This document shows positions 60,939-64,000 of a stretch of 64,000 bases of DNA, one piece after another; positions within the stretch are counted from its first letter, which is position 1; every line of letters starts with the position of its first letter. The notes beneath the pieces are model-generated. The model saw only the letters and a program-made list of their open reading frames with translations. It searched no databases and was not told the origin of the DNA. The stretch comes from a virus (lineage: Duplodnaviria > Caudoviricetes): positions 1,512 to 65,511 of IMG/VR virus record IMGVR_UViG_3300006143_000006. The stretch is one strand, 5' to 3'. Made by a program: the position numbers and the translations under genes.

Positions 60939-61263
60939 GTAAAAATCTCCTTTAATTTAATATTGTTTTTTGGAGCTAAATATTATTTCTACATTTTGTT
61001 TCTGAAAGTGCTAAAAATTTTGAGTTTACATTTTTAACAGTAGGAGAGTGTATAGACAGTAAATGGTAAGAAATGTAAAGTATACCCCCATCCTTCATAT
61101 GTACTTTACATAGGTTTTTGTTTTTGAAAGATTAATATATGGGATATTTATTATTTCTTTATTTAGATTAAAAAGATGTACGATTCCTGAGAATTTAATA
61201 TAATATAAGAAAAGACAGATGATTTCTCACCTGTCTTGAAGACATCAATACTGTTTATCTATA

Positions 61264-62263
61264 TTACTTATTATTTGCACTGAGCCAGTTGCATTCTGGT
61301 TTGGCGATTAGTCTAGCATTATTATATGCCATGTCAAGAGTTAAACATGTATGTCCTTGGTATACATCTCCAATTTTTGTAACAACCAGTGCTAAATCTG
61401 GTATATCATCAGAATGTAAGCATAATGGTAATAGTAATAGTAATTGTACTTTTCCTTCAAAATACTGAGGAATTGCCTATAATTTGATGAAACTTTCTTC
61501 TTCATAGTATCTATAGCTCCGTTAAATGTATTAAGAAGATTGTGACTATTTAATATGTCTTCTGGTATATTTATCCTACTTTTATTCTTCTAAAATATGC
61601 TTATAATAAACATTAATCTTATAATGCCAATCAAATAATAGCAATTCTGGATGCTCAAAATAATTGGCCCTGTCAGGATATTTTACTATATCTCTTTTAC
61701 CTAAATCATATTCTGTTAAAAATAAAATATCTTGTTCTGAATGATATGCATATATAGGTTCATAATATTTCGTAAATAATCCAGTATTAAACAATGCATA
61801 ATTTTGCTCAAATATTATATTTCTTTCTGACTGAAGTTTTTCATATGTCTTTACAATATAATTTGCAAGTATACCATTGTTTGGATAAGTATCATTAGAC
61901 CATTCTTCAGGAGATGCCATTTTTAATAAATCATTTGTATGATCATTCCAATTTACATTAAAGAAAGCCATATTCTGATTCTCCTTTGTGTTTGATAAAG
62001 ATATTGTATCATAATCTTTTGGTGGTTCACAATCTCTTTCTACTGAAAAAATGGGATTATATGATGAGATAATATATCCTTGGAATTTTTCTTTGTAATG
62101 ATCCTTCCAGTATTTCGTGTCGTAATCGTCAGTTTGCAAATAAATTGGATTCTGGAAATCATATAATTTGATTTTTGCATTTTGAATAGCTTCTTGATCT
62201 GAATCAGCATACATACATATCCAATCTCATTTTGTGGTCAACTTGAATTTGGTATTTGTTCAT
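61264..62263 (-). pseudogene. DUF3825-like gene disrupted by frameshifts
   Basis: FNTGLFTKYYEPIY and, in another frame, AIPQYFEGKVQLLLPLC...TLDMAYNNARLIAKP; shifts near 62215 (ATGT duplication), 61582 and 61480. Confidence 0.75.
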
Positions 62264-63636
62264 TTTTATAAATCCTCCGTTTGTAAGTAAATTAATTGTT
62301 ACAAAGTACATTTCTCTATTTGTGTCAGAAATTTTATTGGAAAATTAACGAGATGTGGTCGCAAAAATTTTGTGAGTTCGGTAGGAGAGTAGTTTAGACA
62401 GATTGGTGAGACATGAAAAGCATTGATTTTACTGGATATTTATAGATTCTTATTGGATATTTTTATGTTATTTGGATGGGTGATTACCTTATTGTAATAT
62501 AAGATTTGAAGCGAGTTCGATATTTGCTTGATTTATAGGGGGGTTTGAGAGTTTTTGTTAAAAAATAATTAAAAATATGAATTTGAAGAATTGTCAGAAA
62601 ATTTATTTTTGCCTTATTTTTATGGATTTTCCGTATCTGGCACCGAACAGACTGCCGAACATTTTTTATGAATTGTTTGTAATTTTTACACAATTTTTAG
62701 GTCGATGTGTGAGTAGAACACATTACCCCTTTTTTGCAAACGAATGTTTTGATATAAATGTAAACCCACCGGGGTATGCCAAAATACTATAATAGTGTAG
62801 TATTATGGTATTTTGTTAGTCTTAATTGTTAGCAATAGATAAGGATAGATAAGGATAAGAATACTGTTTATTATCGTGATATTATCAAATTATCTGATAA
62901 TTGTTCGAGAGTAAATGAAAATATATCACACTTCGATATAACGAACTATGATATGCTTAACCGTGTTGTGAAGTATGTCGCACAAAAGATGGGCAAGACT
63001 ACTTCTAATCTATAAATAAGATATTATATAAATTCTCATACCATCTCATAAATCATCAAAAAAAATTTTTCCTCTTCTTTCTCTCTTATTACTTTTAAAT
63101 ACAATTCAACGCAAATATGCATATAAAGACGCGTAATGATAAATAAACTAATTGCTAATTATGATATATAACAACGCATTATGATATATATAAAGTTTGT
63201 ATAACATAAATCATCAATTATATGTACACTTTATTTGGTTATTCTACCAGTAAATCCATTATTAAAACTGTCACAAATATATAGATAACTCCAGCGCAGC
63301 ACCAGTATAATCTCATCATAGTATTATACCAGTATATTACTATCATCATATCAGCTATAGCATACTAATATAATCATAATACTATAATCAACTATAATAA
63401 CTATATACTATATATATGCATATATTATTAATATCATGAAAACATTGATAACACGACAGTAATATGATGATAAATAATCCAATAAATAACCAGTATGCAC
63501 ATGCCATTAATTATATTGTCTATATCCTAAAGTGGTATGGTTTAATTACCTCACAACTATATCATCTTACTCATATTCTTTTACAATAAAAAAGACTCTG
63601 AACTATTGTCAAAAGCTTTCTTTTCTTTACGGTATA

Positions 63637-63873
63637 TTAAATACATTCCCAAAATCTGTCAATCATAGCCTTTACAATTATTTTTTTCAGTTCATTTTGA
63701 AATTCAAATAAGTCAACTGCAATAGATATGCTGCCCTCATGTAATCTGTTTTTCTTTTCATAAAAATTCACATCAATGCTATATTTAATTTCCTTACCAG
63801 ATTCCAAATCAACGCTCAGATAAATATTGTTTATTATAACTTCTTCGCTCCATATGTTTCTGAAAGATAACAT
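63637..63873 (-). CDS. Small hypothetical protein
   Basis: AAGGG RBS, 78 aa. Confidence 0.5.
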   Translation of the reverse strand: MLSFRNIWSEEVIINNIYLSVDLESGKEIKYSIDVNFYEKKNRLHEGSISIAVDLFEFQNELKKIIVKAMIDRFWECI

Positions 63874-64000
63874 GTCCCTTAATTCTTTTTTGTGTTCTGT
63901 ATTCTTGGTACATACTTCCTTAATTGCTTCTTCCCATCTGGTAGCACTAACAGTTTTTTACTCTGAAATGTCACCACATATAAATATATAAAAATAAAAT

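Larger units (their letters stand above)
1..64000 (-). mobile_element. SPbeta-like large temperate phage/prophage (partial; both ends outside window)
   Basis: Co-oriented terminase, portal, protease, capsid, neck, tail and TMP genes plus YonO-like RNAP, YonJ/YonK-like and HU genes, matching the SPbeta late-region gene set; no host housekeeping genes seen. Confidence 0.93.

Noticed and set aside
68-63873. Many ORF-track entries antisense or nested in long genes (e.g. 68-295, 1424-1795, 5208-5585, 13304-13573, 21412-21741, 24798-25244, 50395-50727)
   Set aside because: Shadow frames of real genes with no RBS or recognisable motifs.
1-64000. CRISPR array, rRNA, or DGR (reverse transcriptase with template/variable repeats)
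   Set aside because: No regularly spaced repeats, rRNA motifs or reverse transcriptase were seen.

Overview
The whole window is part of a large, AT-rich SPbeta-like temperate phage or prophage, probably from a Clostridia/Lachnospiraceae host (inferred from protein families and base composition). Nearly all core genes lie on the minus strand. From right to left it holds early/regulatory genes (Bro-N, ParB-N, deaminase, CoiA-like), a YonO-like single-subunit RNA polymerase, two atypical tRNAs, YonK/YonJ/HU, a tyrosine recombinase, a solo TnpB and a type I toxin-antitoxin locus. These are followed by terminase, portal, protease/scaffold and capsid genes with free-standing homing endonucleases, neck/tail genes, holin-like genes, RecU, headless tail-fibre-tip cassettes beside a second tyrosine recombinase, and the tape measure protein (TMP) gene. 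The standout observation is that the TMP gene looks broken at 12019 but appears to be interrupted by a 10,200-nt group I intron (12033 to 1834). The ribozyme core (P1, P3, P4, P6, P7, P8, P9) lies at 11585-12033. The P9.0 3' strand, terminal G and the P10-pairing 3' exon lie about 9.7 kb away at 1825-1844, and the predicted splice restores the frame (KNLD|FNDLG). The intervening loop carries an array of accessory and defence-like cassettes: a CmdTAC-like toxin-antitoxin-SecB triad, a ParA-X-HEPN-like operon, and an ImmA/IrrE peptidase with a membrane partner. Repeated remnants of a zinc-ribbon gene 3' end punctuate the array. All family calls are by motif recognition only; no searches or folding programs were run.
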